The notes under the pieces were generated by a model that worked only from the letters and a program-made list of their open reading frames with translations, searched no databases and had not been told where the DNA came from. From Babesia bigemina (Eukaryota), in assembly GCF_000981445.1 (NCBI RefSeq), contig NC_027218.1, positions 2,480,001 through 2,544,000 of the forward strand: DNA of 64,000 nucleotides, read 5' to 3'. A program made the position numbers and the translations under genes. This document shows positions 34,940 to 47,155 of this stretch, one piece after another (position 1 is the stretch's first letter; each line of letters begins with the position of its first letter).

Positions 34940-36116
34940 TTACTTTTTGTTCCTGGGGCGCGCACGCATGATCGTGTGGGAGCTGTGCCTGCCCGTCTTC
35001 ATGCGCTGCATTGCGTAGTTGTCCTCTAGCACCTCCAGGCGCCGCATCTCGTAGCGCATGTCCGGCTCCTGCACGCCTTTGCGCAGCATGGCATTAAGGC
35101 TCACCTGCTCCTCGTTTTCGTACTTCTCCAGCGCCTCCTTGATGCTGTCGAACGCGCTGCACTGAACCGAAATGAGACGCAGGATGTATTCGTAGTGCAT
35201 CACACATTGTTACAAACACGTAAGCTTCGGATGGTAAAGCAATGGACACTACTCGGCGTAATAGCGCGGAAAATGACAACTGTGACGACGGTTGCAGACA
35301 ATTCAATTGCCACTGAACATGTCAACGAGCAAATTTCATGATCAGAAATGGGTCGGCAATGCCACCGTGAGGCATTTGTGAAGAGCACGTATAGCGGCAG
35401 TGCCCATCTACCGGCCTAGGGCTGGAGAACCCAGATTGGTTATGGCCATATACGATCAAACCTCCACTATCGCCAATACTACACGTCGCCACATCGGCAT
35501 AAACGCCATCTCTATGCAGCGCGAGTTCATAGAAACAGCACAAGCGCAAAGGTAACCGCATTCCACCATACAAAGACGCATAGTTATTAATACAGCGCCA
35601 CAGAAACAAGGGATGCAAAGCACAAGCGACACGTATCACGCTAGTGTCACACTTATACACATTAATGCACCCAATCCACCTGGATAGACCACCTACCAGC
35701 GCTTCGAAGTCCTCGCGGCGCAGGTACATCAGCGGCTTCCGCTCATGATTGGCGACGCAGAGCAATGTCTCAGGCTGCAGCTGTTGAATTTCGATTGAAC
35801 ACGACGTACCTGGCCGTCTTGCACGGTGTTGAACACGAAGAACTGCTTGCCCCAAGGCTCGATCTGCACAGCATTCGCAACGCGGCAGGCGGACCTACTG
35901 GGTGGAGCGGCGATGCGCCTTCAGGCGGCCACTGGCCCATCCGCATGCGCTTATACTGCAGCTCTGAGGCGATATGAACTCCCTAGCGACACGGAACAGA
36001 AGTTACCCTTCCAAGCCTTCGTACGCACTGCGACACATGTAACCTTCCGGCTGCGACAACCACTAACCCGGGTAGTACTGCACGCGGCCGCGCACGGCGT
36101 AGCGCAACACCGACAT
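34940..36116 (-). CDS. Conserved-looking hypothetical protein, multi-exon, possible mitochondrial targeting
   Basis: Coding-biased exons (e.g. HYEYILRLISV...RARPRNKK) separated by GT-AG introns; candidate ATG 36116 (MSVLRYAVRGR). Exon boundaries not fully resolved. Confidence 0.5.
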
Positions 36117-36221
36117 TTGGCGGCGTTATAAAACGCCGCCGGGCGTTTCGGCGGGCACGAGATAGAGCTGGCGGTAGACAGCAGCGCTACGTACGTGATG
36201 CGATATTACACATTTAGGCGG

Positions 36222-37055
36222 TCAGCCGGTTCTAAAGTCAGACGCACGCTTAAGTGCGCCCTCGTAACCGTGGTAATCTGCGGAGAAGGCGCGTGCAGCG
36301 GGTCGCCCGCGCACCCGGCCTAAGGCGACCCAGCAGTGGAGTGTGTGGTCGAAGGTGACTCCGGGCTCTGCAACTGCATTAACGGCCACAAAGCAACATA
36401 ACGCACTCTTTGGCGGCTCCGGGTTATCCTTGAGCTCTTCGCTTAGCCGACGCTGCATAAATGTGTGCCCTGGGCCGCTTCACTCACGTCCAGTTCCTCG
36501 GCGAAGGCGATGCTCTCGGCCTTCGACGCCTCGACGCCAAACTTCTTCACGGGGAACGGCTTGCCGTTTAGCTTGCCGAACTCCGTCCACAGCACTTCCC
36601 ACTGCTCATTCAGCCGGTCGTATGCGATTTTGCAGTGCTGGAACTTCCTGTCGCAGTCGAAGTACCCCTCGTACAGCGACACTGCGGTGTTTCTCTCGGC
36701 GTGGGTCGGCCGGAACCTGCAGACACTGCAACAGCGACAGTTGACATCCGTACCTGTTCTTTGAGTGCGCCCGAAAGGCGTTGCCCACTCCCCAGCGGAA
36801 AACGTGATGCACGAGCCGCGGTCTGGTCGACTCCGGCGGGGAGGCTGGTGGACTGGGCCAACTCGGTTCGGGTATGGACAGAGCATCTACGTGCCCACCG
36901 CAATCTGCTCCACTAACGGATCCGTTTGCGCTATGCCTTGCCGCACTTTTACGACCCAGAGACGACGTTGCCGCGACGGCATCCGACACGCCGGAGAAGC
37001 AACGGCTCGAGCGCCGTAGCAGCATGCATACATATAATTGACAGGCAGACATCAT
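36222..37055 (-). CDS. Small protein with two AP2 domains and a transit-peptide-like N-terminus (3 exons)
   Basis: AP2-like segments IAYDRLNEQWEVLW...GKPFPVKKFG...AIAF-type and PGVTFDHTLHCWVA...RAFSADYHGYEGA; intron 36717-36753; Arg/Ser-rich N-terminus. Confidence 0.8.
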
Positions 37056-37219
37056 GCCTACGTGTGAATTAGGCCCCGCAGCGACTGAACACCCGCGGAA
37101 GGCAAACCTACGCGCGCTGCATGGCCTTACACACCACTGCTATATAGGGCCTCGGTGATCGGCGCCGCCTACGATCAGGTGTTGATATAGCACCCGTATT
37201 GGCCTCTAAACTGCCATCC

Positions 37220-39184
37220 ATGGATGATTTTCAGGTCGTTTCGTTCAACGACCTCCTATCGCACTGCGTCCAGAGATGTGTCGTGGATTGGCGCTGCTTC
37301 TGCTACCGGCAGGTAAACGACGAGTCGTACGTCGACAGCCATGCGCGCACTGGGATCATCCAGTTCGCGAGGGCGCAGCGCGAGGTGTTCCTGAAGCTGT
37401 ACGTGCTGTACCGGTTCATGCGTGAGCAGCGCAAGCTGGACAAGCTCCTGGAAAACACGTACTCCTTCGAGAGCTACCTCGACAACTGCGGCCGGGACGT
37501 GGCGCTTAACCTGAGGAAGGTGCAGCAACTGGAGCTGCTGGTGCCGTGCCCCAACACCGCGCTGGCCGTCGACCTGCTTTCGACCGGCCGGTATACACGC
37601 ATGCCCCTGATGCTGCAGCAGCTCGCGGAGTCGGCCACCACCAACTCGGTGCCGCTGCCACCCCTGAGCCCGGAGGAGGCCGACCCGACCATGGAACGCA
37701 TATACAGCGAGTACCGCATGCAGTTCCGGAGATCGGAGTGCAGCCGCAAGCAGGTTGTGGTTGAGTACAACAACGCGCAGTGCACGCTCACGCGGGAGGG
37801 GATGTTCAGAGTGACCCTTGTGTACGACTTTTACTTGTGGCAGGTGCTGCTGGCCGTGCCCACGCTGCTGGAGCGCTTCGGGTGCAGCACCGAGGGCGAA
37901 ACGCGGGGCACGTTCCTCTCGCTGTTGATGTATGCCGTGGCGATCCACAACACCACAAACGATCGGAATATCTTCGACGTGGTGTACGAGTGCGCGAACC
38001 TGTACGTCGGGAAGATAATAATGGAACGGCTGAAAGGCCAAGCTGTGGACTACAGGTCGCTCAGACTCATGGTGACGGACTACACCTATTACGTGTCGTC
38101 GGAGCCGGAGCGTTCGCTCCTCTCGTGCTCAGACGTGGAAATAAACGACCAGCAAAGGCTGGTGCTGGACGTCAAAACCTTCCCTGGGTTCAAGGAGGGC
38201 GATGTCGAGTCCATCACGCTGCGGTTCGAAATGGACGGGCGCGGCGACATCAGCGTGGCGACGCTGGAGCTGCCCGGCATGATCGCCGAGAGCGACATCA
38301 CTGAGCACCGACTTGACCAGTGGCTGGACGTCTTGGCTAATCGCCTCGAGCGGTACCAGCTCGACAAACTGGATAACAGCAAATACGTTTTCATGAACTA
38401 CGCCACGGGCTCACTCAACCTCAAGGGGCTCCCGGCGCCCTTCACCCTGGCCGAGTCACAGCCTCTGATGCAATGCATGCACGTTAGAGAGGCGCTGATG
38501 CAGGTGGGCAACGGAGAAGAGCCCTGCCAAGACCTATCCCGGGTGTTGCTGCGCGACTTCTGGCGCAACAAACCGTGCGAGTTTTGCGCACCTTCCGACA
38601 ATGACGAGCAGGCGGAAACGCGGCCGAAAGCAGCATCGTCTCGTGACATTATCTCGCTCTACTTACAAGACCCCAATGGCGCGTTAGGTGTCCTCAGCGA
38701 GCGGCTGCGGGAGTTGGTTATTGACTTCTGGATTTACCTGGCGGAAAAGCCGACCCCTGTGCACGGCGCCGTCGCCTACCGGGTCGACAAAACGTTCGAC
38801 TTTGTAAGCAAGGACGACATGCAACTCTACTTCACCGCCTTCGCACACTACGGGTCGATTGCCGGGCGGGCGCTTCTGATCGTCAAGGGATCGGCGCTGC
38901 AGGGCGTAATCAGGCTGACGGACGACCTATCGCAGTATGCGGGCTCGCGTAACATGGTGTTGGGGTTGGTTAACCTGGCGTCTAAGGTATCGCATCTATA
39001 CGGGTTTACGACCAAGCCGCTCGCGCCGGCCGACCAAACGATCGTCGCGCTGCTGAGGGGCATAATGCTAACGGTCAACTACATGGGCGTGTGCGACTGC
39101 GTCAGCCATAACGGAGTAACGTCGCGTTTCAACTCCACGGAAGCCGCGTACAGCTTCCTGAAGACCATGATGACGATGGGATAG
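37220..39184 (+). CDS. Mediator subunit Med14-like protein
   Basis: N-terminal pattern IIQFARAQREVFLKLYVL...PCPNTALAVDLLSTGRYTRMP resembles the Med14/Rgr1 N-terminal domain. Confidence 0.65.
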   Translation: MDDFQVVSFNDLLSHCVQRCVVDWRCFCYRQVNDESYVDSHARTGIIQFARAQREVFLKLYVLYRFMREQRKLDKLLENTYSFESYLDNCGRDVALNLRKVQQLELLVPCPNTALAVDLLSTGRYTRMPLMLQQLAESATTNSVPLPPLSPEEADPTMERIYSEYRMQFRRSECSRKQVVVEYNNAQCTLTREGMFRVTLVYDFYLWQVLLAVPTLLERFGCSTEGETRGTFLSLLMYAVAIHNTTNDRNIFDVVYECANLYVGKIIMERLKGQAVDYRSLRLMVTDYTYYVSSEPERSLLSCSDVEINDQQRLVLDVKTFPGFKEGDVESITLRFEMDGRGDISVATLELPGMIAESDITEHRLDQWLDVLANRLERYQLDKLDNSKYVFMNYATGSLNLKGLPAPFTLAESQPLMQCMHVREALMQVGNGEEPCQDLSRVLLRDFWRNKPCEFCAPSDNDEQAETRPKAASSRDIISLYLQDPNGALGVLSERLRELVIDFWIYLAEKPTPVHGAVAYRVDKTFDFVSKDDMQLYFTAFAHYGSIAGRALLIVKGSALQGVIRLTDDLSQYAGSRNMVLGLVNLASKVSHLYGFTTKPLAPADQTIVALLRGIMLTVNYMGVCDCVSHNGVTSRFNSTEAAYSFLKTMMTMG

Positions 39185-39573
39185 TAGCACTGAGCCCGTC
39201 GGCCTACGGCAGAGGCCGGTTGCTGGAACACAGGCACTAGCATATCACACAACCGTGCTTAAATGGCAATACCGCATGTATATAAGTTTCAATTTGGCGG
39301 TCGCGCACCCCGGCTGGGTACGCTGACACAGCTGCGTCCACCACGTCGACGTCGTGCGTACGTCACGCGGAATCCAGGTTCCATCTCCCATTAGCCGGTA
39401 TGCATAGCCGTTAAAATAGCATCCACGATGCCCACAAAGGCGCCATGGAGACACGGATACAACGGAGTGAAAGTGTAGACAGTTTTACGACAACGTTCAC
39501 AACGGTTCAGAGCCGGCAGCGCAGTGGGCCAATCCACGGCCGTACGCGCACGGCACATTTGAAAAATCCACCT

Positions 39574-39911
39574 CTAAACCTTGGGCTGACTTTTGACGCG
39601 CGTGATCGGCTTTGCCATGTTCTGCGACAGGTTAGGATGCCAATGTGCAGGCGTACCTGGAGGCACCGATGGCGGATGCGGGCAATGGACTCGTTCTCGC
39701 AGATTGAGAAGTACGCCAGGCGCGTATAGTGCCCCGCGTGAGAAGCCAAGGTGTCGCGCTGGATGTTGAGCGTCCACTCCCTGAAAAACGCTGCGAAGGC
39801 CACCGCGGTGTCCACCTACCACTTGGTGTTGTTCACGTGACCGGTGCCCTGGTACTTGCTCTGCAAGTGCTCGAGCTGAGCGTGGATATTGAACCGATCA
39901 TACCCGGACAT
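39574..39911 (-). CDS. SF3B5: Splicing factor 3B subunit 5 (3 exons)
   Basis: MSGYDRFNIHAQLEHLQSKYQGTGH...KWEWTLNIQRDTLASH...ENESIAR is the SF3b10 signature. Confidence 0.95.
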
Positions 39912-40082
39912 TTCGCCGCGAGAAGTTCACTCTGGAGAGCCGCTGAGGCCCGCCGGGGCACGCGCAACGTGGGCGCGCTCGCGCGGAGGAGGACCGGAAG
40001 TTCGGCTCATTCCAAACGAAGTAGTTGTCAGGATGTGATATTAGATAGGTTCGGGAGCTACGGATCGTGATTCTGAGGCACG

Positions 40083-43000
40083 ATGGCGTCGGAGGCTCCG
40101 CCGGCCAGCAACGTGACACACGAGGACGAATTCTCGCCGCCGGGACTCGATCACGACGCGCTGCACTACTCGAAGGTCCATCAGGACGCCGTGATAAACG
40201 ATTCGGAGGTTCCGAATCCGCTGGCGGAGGTCGTATACAATCCGCCCATCGGCCTGTCTACCGACGAGGTCAACCGCCGCATCATCGCAATACTCACGGT
40301 AGGTTGAATGAGACGTGCGTCGTGGCCGTTGGCGCGGGTGTGTACTGTATCGATTGTGGCTCATGGGACAACTTGCATGCGAACGCATGGAGTGACGGGA
40401 AGGTTGTAGACGGCACAGGGATAAGCATCGGCATAGGCGGCACGGCTTACATACCAACGGCTCGTACCACGCTAAAATATCCACGCCACATACAAATGTG
40501 CCGGAATCTGTTGCCATTTTGCCCCTGATCACAAATTTGCCGTGAGCTTTACCTGCCCCGTCGTATCACCAACCGATACCCACTCTGTAACAATGTCAGA
40601 TCCCATCTGCGATATGACCGCGATGCTGTCGTGCTCGTTGTTCTTCATGTGCAATTCGAATACGCGCCGCACCACAGAAATGGCGAACGTGCCGCCCACG
40701 TACGTAAGCGAATGTAACATCACGTTCAGGAATCGCTGCAGAAGCACGAAACAGATGCCGACGGCAGGTCATACGTCGAATCTCTATTCAGAAAGGACCT
40801 GTGTTTCGGCACAGTCGCAATTATCGGCGTACTTACCCTTGTGGCCCAAAAGAATAGCGCCAGGATCCCGTGCGTCATTTATTTCGTGCTCCTCACAGGA
40901 TGGCTCGCGCTCAACGCGTTCGTGAAGTTGACCATGAAGCGGATCCGCAGGTCGCGGGTCGGCGAGAGGGTCAAGGACATACTCAACTCCTTCCGGAATG
41001 ACATTGGATCAACGTTTCACTCCGAGCTGGAGCAGAAGAGGTTCTCGTTCGACCCGCCAAACTCGGTCCTCATTCCGGTCTACCGGAACCGGGAATGGAA
41101 GCGGCTGCCCACCAACGTGCTGGTCTCCGGCGACGTGTTCAAAATGAAGCCCGGAGAGGTGTTCCCCTGCGACTGCAGGATCATACTGAGGTGTGACGTC
41201 GACGGTAACGTCGTCCTGGGTGACGAGGTCTTCGAGTTCGGAAGCGTCTGCGGCAGCGTGGGCGAGCCCAAGCCGAACGTCGAGTTCATTGACGGGACGT
41301 TCGTTGCCGAGAGCGACGCGATGCTGCCCCAACTCAAGGCCTTTTTGGACACGAAGCTCTACGGCAACCCGTTGGTCAACCGCGGATGCGAGCGCAACGT
41401 CTTCGAGGCGCCCTTCGAATCCACTGGGGGATCCTGCAAGAACTCGGTCTGGGACCTGAGTGACAGCACGCACTTCTCCAGGATGCATATTACCAACATC
41501 GAAATGTCAGTTTACCTCCTCCTGACCGCGGTGGTGGCACTGGCGCACGGCTGGCTGAATGGGATCAAAGAGTGGACTAGCTCTCTGTTCGTGGGGAGCA
41601 CGCTCCTGATTTGCTTCGCTTTCCCTGGGTTTGAGCCGCTTGTACAACTGGCTGACATTTGGGGGAACGTCAAGCTACAGACGCTCTTCAACTGGCACAA
41701 CGAGAAGAGGCTCACCGTGGATATCTGCCCGCAGCTGTCGAGCTCGAGCTCGTCCACGTTCATCGGAGGCTCCAAGGCTGGTTCCGTCGACAGTGACATG
41801 GACGCCAACCAGATCCCGCTGGTCAACCACCTCAAGGAGCTCAACAAGGTGATGAAGCGGGGCCTCGACAGCGCCGGCAGCCTGATACACGTGCTCTCCT
41901 CCGTTACGCTGCTGTGCTTCGTGGACGACGTTGGGCTGCTGACGGAGGGGTGCGCGACGCTTCAGGAAATCGCACTCATCAAGGGCAACGACATCGAACG
42001 GAGCAACACCGTGAGGTCCAACGGTGATTCTCCCTTCAAAACCATGAATTCCACGTCCTCCCTAAAGATGAAGTCGTCAATCGAAAGTGACGACTCGGGT
42101 TGCGTCAGCGTCAAGAAGGGGGAAAGCTACCGGGAATGCGCCACCTGCGGGATATCGAGCACGGGTCACGAGCACCTCGTCATCCTCGACGTGTACTCCG
42201 ACTCTTCACAGTTCGGCAAGCAGTACGTCAGGTTCAACAACGAGGACGAGCGCGGGTGCCTCCCGCAGCTGCTGCCGCTGTCGTTCGCCATGACGGTCAC
42301 GCAGTTCCCGCGGTACCAGCCGCCCTCGCTGTTCAGGCTGCCTCCCGAGCTCATATACACGTACATCGGGATGCTGTCCAACGAGAGCTTCTGCGATTTC
42401 ACCGACTGCCTCTGCACCTTCACCGGCTCGATCGGGCTCAAGCGCTCGTTCAGCCGCCGGTTCCGGTTGATGAGGTTCGTCATGCTGATCGACGAGGCGC
42501 ACGGCCCCAACGGGATGCTGCTGCTGTTTTTCCTGCGCGACCCCAGGAAGCAAATCGTCCAGATGTTCGCCAAGGGCAAGCTGGACATGCTGCTCGAGCG
42601 CAACCTCAACTACCACAACCACCAACAGGGCAAGATCCTCGCGGTCAACAGGCTGATGAAGCGGAAGCTCAAGGAGCTCAACATGCAGTGGGTGTCGTCG
42701 GGCATGGTGTCGTTCGCGTACGCCTACAAGCCCATCCACCTGGAGGAGTTCAACATGCTCATGGCGCACCTGGACTCCACCACCGTCTTCACCGTGAAGA
42801 CGGGCAAGTCGGAGGGCCGGCGGAAGCGCAAGTACATGTACCTGGAGGGGGCCACGCCTATATCGATGCAGCTCGGCGGCGAGTGCATATACAGCTGGTT
42901 CAAGCAGTTCAAGAAGCAGGACAAGAGCGAGGCCTCCGAACCCTGGGACACCATACCCAAATCGACCAAGAAGCGCATCCTCAAGGGCTACCTCGCCGAT

Positions 43001-44560
43001 ATGGTCAGCGCGTGCCTCAAAAATACCGTGCTGCTTGGCATGTCAGCTGACAAGCGGCTCTACCCCAAGGAGGTGCCGAGCCGCATCCAGTCGTTCCACG
43101 ATGCGGGGGTGCGCTTCGTCTACTTCAGCAAACATGACGAGCGTCAAACCAGGGTAACGGGGGCGCACCTCGGCCTGGAGACCAGCTGGAACTCCATGAT
43201 AAGCCTGGCTAACTCCGAGCGTTCCACGTACATCAACCAGGATGGCAATGTCGTGCTGCCCAGCGGTATCGAGAACATCAAGCGGCACATTGAGGAGGTC
43301 GACGACATCCCGCTGCAGGTCTCCCTGTTCGCGAATTGCAACCCGAAGAACACCGCCGAAATGCTCGGGATATTGCGCAACAACGGTGAAACCATCATGT
43401 GCATCGGCGGAGGCCTGCGACCGTCCAACTTCTACGTGTTTAGGGAGGCGCACAGCTCAGTCTCGGTGGCGCAGGGGTACCACCCGGTGTGCCGCTTCTG
43501 CCGCGGTAAGCGCTGGAGCGGCGTCGCGCGGGCGCACATGTTTGATGAGGCACTTCCCGAAATGAAGTTGTCGGCGGCGCTTACCAGCCTGCCGTGCGAC
43601 CTGCAGACTTCGACCATGTACAAGGTGGCGGACCCGTACTACGTGATGGAGATGCTGTACGAGGTGTTGCGAGTTGCACGGCACGTGTCCACGAACATCC
43701 AGGAGTCGGCTGCGTTCATGAAGCTCGCGTGCCACTCGTTGGCCTGGTTGCTGTTCCTGCAGGCCTGCACGGGGTTCGCGGATTTCATCCAGCCCTTGGA
43801 CTTCGCGCTGACGCTCTGTGCGTACGTCCCGATGGTATCCATTTCGCTGCTGGCAAACCCGCCGGACGATAAAATAATGCAGACTCTACCCAACAAGATA
43901 CACAAGGACGACCTCAAGGTGAAGGGCAAGAGCATGCTGCGCAACTACTCGCGGCTGTTCCTAGCGACAACCCTGACGGCTCTCGGATACTGCTTATGCC
44001 TGTTCATAATAAACAAGACGGTCGCCGCGGAACTCGCCTCTGTCGGGGTTTCGATGGATATTGGAACCTGCGACTCCCCCTTCCGAATGCCACTGCGGCA
44101 ATGCGTCCACAAGGTGCGCGACGCGCTAACAGCCCATCGACAAACTCTGGGCGAAGATAAAGTTATCGTGCACCCCGACACGCCTCACGTGCTCGCGCAG
44201 CTTTGCGCCTCGGTGCTCCTGGTGTTCAACCTCGCCACCGCCTCGAGCTCGTGGGTGAACAAGTACGGCCATGGCTCAAAGTGGCCGTGGCACAACACCA
44301 ACTGGATGTTCACGTCGTTCGCCGTGGTGTTCTGCCACATAGCACTCGCGGCGCTGAGGATTGGCATATCACATATATCGTCGAAGGAGGTCGCGCTGCT
44401 GTTCCCGCTCCAGGTGATCGGTTTCGGGCCCGGGCTGGCGCTCATGATCGTGATCTTCGACCAGCTCATCAAGCTGCAGCTGCGCCGCGAGCGCAACATC
44501 GAGCAGAAGTTTTTGGAGCTCCTGTTCTCCACGCGGCTCGGCATGTGGAGCCCGAAGTGA
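40083..44560 (+). CDS. TMEM94-like degenerate P-type ATPase-family membrane protein
   Basis: LPTNVLVSGD, SVTLLCFVDDVGLL, GVRFVYFS, LGLETSWNSMISL, LPSGIENIKRHIEEVDDIPLQVSLF and C-terminal FSTRLGMWSP match the TMEM94 family; short first exon at 40083. Confidence 0.85.
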
Positions 44561-44991
44561 CGGGCTCATATCCGCACGGCTGCGTTGCGCGCTGGCTGAT
44601 GTACCTCCGGCGAATATATACTACTTAATGCTGTATGTGTATAGAAGTTGTGCAGCACCTTGCGCCAGCTGCGCGCTATCGTCGCCTTATAGGCTAGGCG
44701 GGTGGCGGCGCCACTATCCGTGGTACATGACCAATGGCGTCCAACAGTTACAAAAGTGAATCGTATACACATCACCCGCACACACAGTACGCATATAGCG
44801 TTTGTAAGTAAATAGGTCCATTAAGGAGCCAACAGGAGATTCATTTGAGTGGAAGGGTGTGTCCACGTTTCAACATTAGCGCGCCTTCCATCCCAGTATC
44901 CCCTGGAAACCGTATCGCGATATCTTCCGGGCGCAACACATGGGGTACACATCTTCGCCATAAGCCTTTTGTTGCGCTGTGCCGGCCTATC

Positions 44992-45424
44992 ATGGAGGAC
45001 TGGCAGAAGTGGACGCGCAGGACGACCAACGCCGAGGCGCCGAAGAAACCGCCGCAATACCTCTTCTTTCCGAACCGCACGGCAGGGCAGACGTACTTCA
45101 TCACGGTGTTGACCGGTATCGCGATTCTGTCGCTCTCCTTCGGACTGCTGAAGTCGGCCGAGGGCAGCCAGGACAAGATCGCAAGGACGATACAGAACGA
45201 CACCCGCATCCGCACCTGCGACATCAGCAACGAACACGTAAGTTGCAAAAGCAGTATGTATTGCTAATCCAGAGCAGCAGGCCATATTCCTGAAGCACCG
45301 GGAGGAGAACCAAATCAGGCGCCAGCGCAGGTACCTCAACTTCAACCCTAAGCCGGCGGCGGCCATCCTCATCTCTGACCCGGAACTGCGCAACAACGAG
45401 AAAAGCGGCCACCTGGATGTGTAG
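44992..45424 (+). CDS. Small single-TM hypothetical protein (at least 2 exons)
   Basis: Strong GC3 bias, one TM segment, donor gtaagt at 45238 and an open second exon ending at TAG 45424. Confidence 0.6.
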
Positions 45425-45876
45425 CGTGTGGCTGACCGACATCACGCAATTTATTTCTGCAACGCGTTCTGCTGCCTACCCATCGCATATTTTGCTGTAT
45501 CTATAGCAACGAGATAAGTGGCTGTTACTGTAAGGCTATGATGCATCATCTGGCCATGTCTCACCCACAAATGTAATCATTAATCGCGGTTTTTAACGTC
45601 AGGATTCTTAGTAACGTAGAAGTCGTGCGGCATATCAATGCGCCGTGCTTTCATGGACTGGGCCAACTACCGTGCGTGTCTACAAGGAAGTTCCAACCCA
45701 GCTACGCATATAACTACTATAATAGCACGAACTCCAGTGACAGTCGATGTTTAATGCTTCATATGTTCAGTTGCTGCAGTTACCCGGAGCCGAGGGCACT
45801 GCCACATCGGTTTGGGCCTGCTCAACCACGGGCGTACATTACGTAGTAGTGACTAACGGCATGGCACCTCAAACAT

Positions 45877-46692
45877 TCACTGCGAGTCGCTGTCGCTCTC
45901 CAAAAATTGGCGAGTCAGACCGCGCGGTCCGTAGGTGGTCGACTGCTGGATGCGGCGGAAACGCTCGTTCTCCCTGACCATTATGCGATGTCGCTGAAGC
46001 GATATCTTGGAAGAGACGGCATCGGCGATGGAGGTCAGCGTCATGCGCTGGCGCTTGGCACCCACGTCCTTGGAGCGCGTGAACTTGTTCTTCAGGATGT
46101 TGGAGAACTTCATCTGCAGCCGGTCGGTGATCACCGCGTGCACCGGCTTCAGGTCGGGCCGCGAGTCCTCCAACAAGAACACGGTCTCGCTGCGGTAGTC
46201 GACGTTGAAGGGGGTCTTGCCCACAAACAGGGTGAACGTGCCGTCGTCCCACTCCACGAAGTGGGTGTTGGTCTCAAGGACGCCAAAAGGCTCGGAGTCG
46301 CCCTCGGGAGCCTGCCCGAAGCGCCAGCGCATCATCGCGGCGTTTTCGCTGCTTTGCGGCTCCTCCAGCAGCTTCGGGTTCTGGCGCAGCCTCTGGCGCT
46401 CCTCCATCTCCGTGAACGGGGACGCGGACATCGAGACGGCGAGAGGGAATTTGCAGATTACCAGATGGTGGTCTCGCACGGGGTAGGCGGAAGACGGGAT
46501 CGTCTTGTTAATCACCTTGCGAGTGACCGGCTCCGGTTTAACCTCCAGCGCGGCAACGGCCTCGGCCGCGGGCGCTGCGAACTCCTGAGTGGGCGGGTCC
46601 TCGACGGTAGTCAGATACGGGGCGGTGTTATCTTCCACGGACGACTCCTCGGAGTCCTCGAAGAGGCCGTGCTCCAAATCGTCGTTGGCCAT
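45877..46692 (-). CDS. LEO1: Paf1 complex subunit Leo1
   Basis: EN..MRWR...ETNTHFVEWDDGTFTLFVG matches the Leo1 core (ESNA..V.WSDGS..L..G); acidic termini. Confidence 0.8.
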   Translation of the reverse strand: MANDDLEHGLFEDSEESSVEDNTAPYLTTVEDPPTQEFAAPAAEAVAALEVKPEPVTRKVINKTIPSSAYPVRDHHLVICKFPLAVSMSASPFTEMEERQRLRQNPKLLEEPQSSENAAMMRWRFGQAPEGDSEPFGVLETNTHFVEWDDGTFTLFVGKTPFNVDYRSETVFLLEDSRPDLKPVHAVITDRLQMKFSNILKNKFTRSKDVGAKRQRMTLTSIADAVSSKISLQRHRIMVRENERFRRIQQSTTYGPRGLTRQFLESDSDSQ

Positions 46693-47155
46693 TGTTAATG
46701 TGCGGCTGCAAACGGCACAGACGATGCAGTAAATCGGCGGACAGAGGCACCGCTAAAACACGAAGGTCAGCAATCCCAAGTCGAATCGATTAATGAATTC
46801 CTGCGACGGGGCGATTTTACAGACTACTTTGCGTACACAAGGGCCTGCTGCTAAAAGGGATGAACCTCAGTTGACGAAATGCCGTCCTTACACGAGAGCG
46901 GCGACACGAAGGCATGGGCGCTCGTTAAGGTGTAACCGGGCGTTGTGAACTTGTTGCTCTCACCAAGCGGCCATAAATGTTGTAACACACAGCTTTGTAC
47001 AATACACTTGTGTCGCGAATATCTAGCGTCCACCAAAATCGCAACGCAAACTCGCGCCTACACCCACAACACCGCCCAGACACAGCGCCAACAGCCGAAG
47101 AAGCAGTCCCCAAACACCGTTGCAAATGTGAAGGACCGCTAAATGCGAATTCGCG

